IMG/VR virus record: IMGVR_UViG_3300037483_000784
Location: 1 to 46,993 of that record
Source of the DNA: a virus
Taxonomy: Duplodnaviria; Caudoviricetes
Length of the DNA stretch: 46,993 bases
Reading direction: 5' to 3' (one strand)
Every line of letters starts with the position of its first letter. Within the stretch, counting starts at the first letter, position 1. The translations under genes and the position numbers were made by a program. The notes below the pieces were generated by a model. It was not told the origin of the DNA. It worked only from the letters and a program-made list of their open reading frames with translations, and ran no database searches. Below are positions 45,920 to 46,993 of the stretch, piece by piece.

Positions 45920-46993
45920 CTACATTCATCTCGGACATACTGGCAGTTGTTGAGGCGACAGCATGGGACGCGGAGCCTGACACTAAGCTCCTTACTGTAG
46001 CAACTTATGGCGGTGTGTATGAAAATAACAAAAGCCTGGTTGTTAGAATTGCAACTCAAGATTCCAACCCTTCAGGTATTTTCTTTAAGCCTGACGGGAC
46101 AAAGATGTATGAGATGGGAGATACTGCTAATCGAATTTACGAATCGGATCTTTCTATTCCGTGGGACATAAGTACCAGAGTTTTCTTGCAATCAGTTGCA
46201 ACACAAGATTCCGGCCCACGAGGCATTTTCTTTAAGTCCGATGGAACAAAGATGTACGAGGCTGGAGTTGCTGCTGATCTAATTTACGAATCGGATCTTT
46301 CTGTTCCTTGGGACATTAGCACCAGAGTTTTCTTGCAATCAATTGCGACTCAAGATGCAACAACAACGGGCATTTTCTTTAAGCCTGACGGAACAAAGAT
46401 GTACGAGGCTGGAGTTGCTGCTGATCTAATTTACGAATCGGATCTTTCTGTTCCGTGGGACATTAGTACCAGAGTTTTCTTGCAATCAGTTGCAACTCAA
46501 GATTCCGGCTCTACAAGAATTTTCTTTAAGCCTGACGGGACAAAGATGTATGAGATGGGAGATACTGCTAATCGAATTTACGAATCGGATCTTTCTGTTC
46601 CGTGGGACATAAGTACCAGAGTTTTCTTGCAATCAGTTGCAACACAAGATCCCGGCCCTACAGGTATTTTCTTTAAGCCCGACGGAACAAAGATGTATGA
46701 GATGGGCATAGACACAGATGTGATATACGAGATTGACATCTCAACTCCTTGGGACATCAGCGCCAGCATTTTACCGAAGTCAATTGCGACTCAAGATGCA
46801 GTAACAACGGGTATTTTCTTTAAGCCTGACGGGACAAAGATGTATGAGATGGGAAGTACTGCTGATCTAATTTACGAATCGGATCTTTCTATTCCGTGGG
46901 ACATAAGTACCAGAGTTTTCTTGCAATCAGTTGCAACACAAGATTCCGGCCCACGAGGCATTTTCTTTAAGTCCGATGGAACAAAGATGTACG
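45916..46993 (+). CDS. Tail hub/tip protein, N-terminal part with beta-propeller repeats (3'-partial; continues at position 1)
   Basis: GTG overlaps the tape measure stop, with AGGAG RBS. Open to the window end (absent from the ORF track because it has no stop). MTTFISDILAVVEATAWD.. is followed by 49-aa repeats. Confidence 0.85.
   Translation, partial: MTTFISDILAVVEATAWDAEPDTKLLTVATYGGVYENNKSLVVRIATQDSNPSGIFFKPDGTKMYEMGDTANRIYESDLSIPWDISTRVFLQSVATQDSGPRGIFFKSDGTKMYEAGVAADLIYESDLSVPWDISTRVFLQSIATQDATTTGIFFKPDGTKMYEAGVAADLIYESDLSVPWDISTRVFLQSVATQDSGSTRIFFKPDGTKMYEMGDTANRIYESDLSVPWDISTRVFLQSVATQDPGPTGIFFKPDGTKMYEMGIDTDVIYEIDISTPWDISASILPKSIATQDAVTTGIFFKPDGTKMYEMGSTADLIYESDLSIPWDISTRVFLQSVATQDSGPRGIFFKSDGTKMY
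46051..46993 (+). repeat. 147-bp coding tandem repeat, first ~6.4 units
   Basis: Unit starts at 46051, 46198, 46345, 46492, 46639, 46786 and 46933. Confidence 0.95.

Noticed and set aside
46051-46993. 147-bp repeats as a CRISPR array or DGR template/variable repeat
   Set aside because: The units are contiguous in-frame coding repeats without unique spacers; no cas or reverse transcriptase gene is present; the variation is not adenine-specific.
1-46993. Integrase/repressor (temperate lifestyle), tRNA genes, phage RNA polymerase
   Set aside because: No such motifs were recognised by eye; a tRNAscan/HMM search would be needed to exclude them formally.

Overview
The window is very probably a near-complete (~47 kb) genome of a lytic tailed (siphovirus-like) phage of a Gram-negative host. 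It is opened inside a 147-bp tandem repeat in a tail gene: the two ends join in frame if 6 nt (AGGCTG) are supplied. Essentially all genes are on the + strand, in the order tail tip, lysis (4.3-5.6 kb), replication (6-15 kb), a complete 2-aminoadenine (Z-base) cluster (dpoZ, purZ, mazZ-type and datZ-type genes, 12.9-17.9 kb), an adjacent Mom-like DNA-modification gene, early/accessory small genes (19-26 kb), packaging/head (26.6-36 kb), a five-gene glycosyltransferase cassette inside the neck operon (36.3-39.7 kb), and tail (39.6-47 kb). The main points of interest are: Z-genome machinery next to a Mom-like GNAT, which may hypermodify Z; four sigma70-like promoters that lack the normally invariant -11A, a possible adaptation to Z-DNA; a probable virion-glycosylation cassette; a portal fused to an Acb1-like 2H phosphoesterase; two ~200-bp inverted copies of an iteron-rich element with a directly oriented core that bracket the early region; and a tail hub gene carrying a shuffled 10-repeat beta-propeller and split by a LamG insertion. 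All assignments come from motif recognition by eye; no database searches were run.
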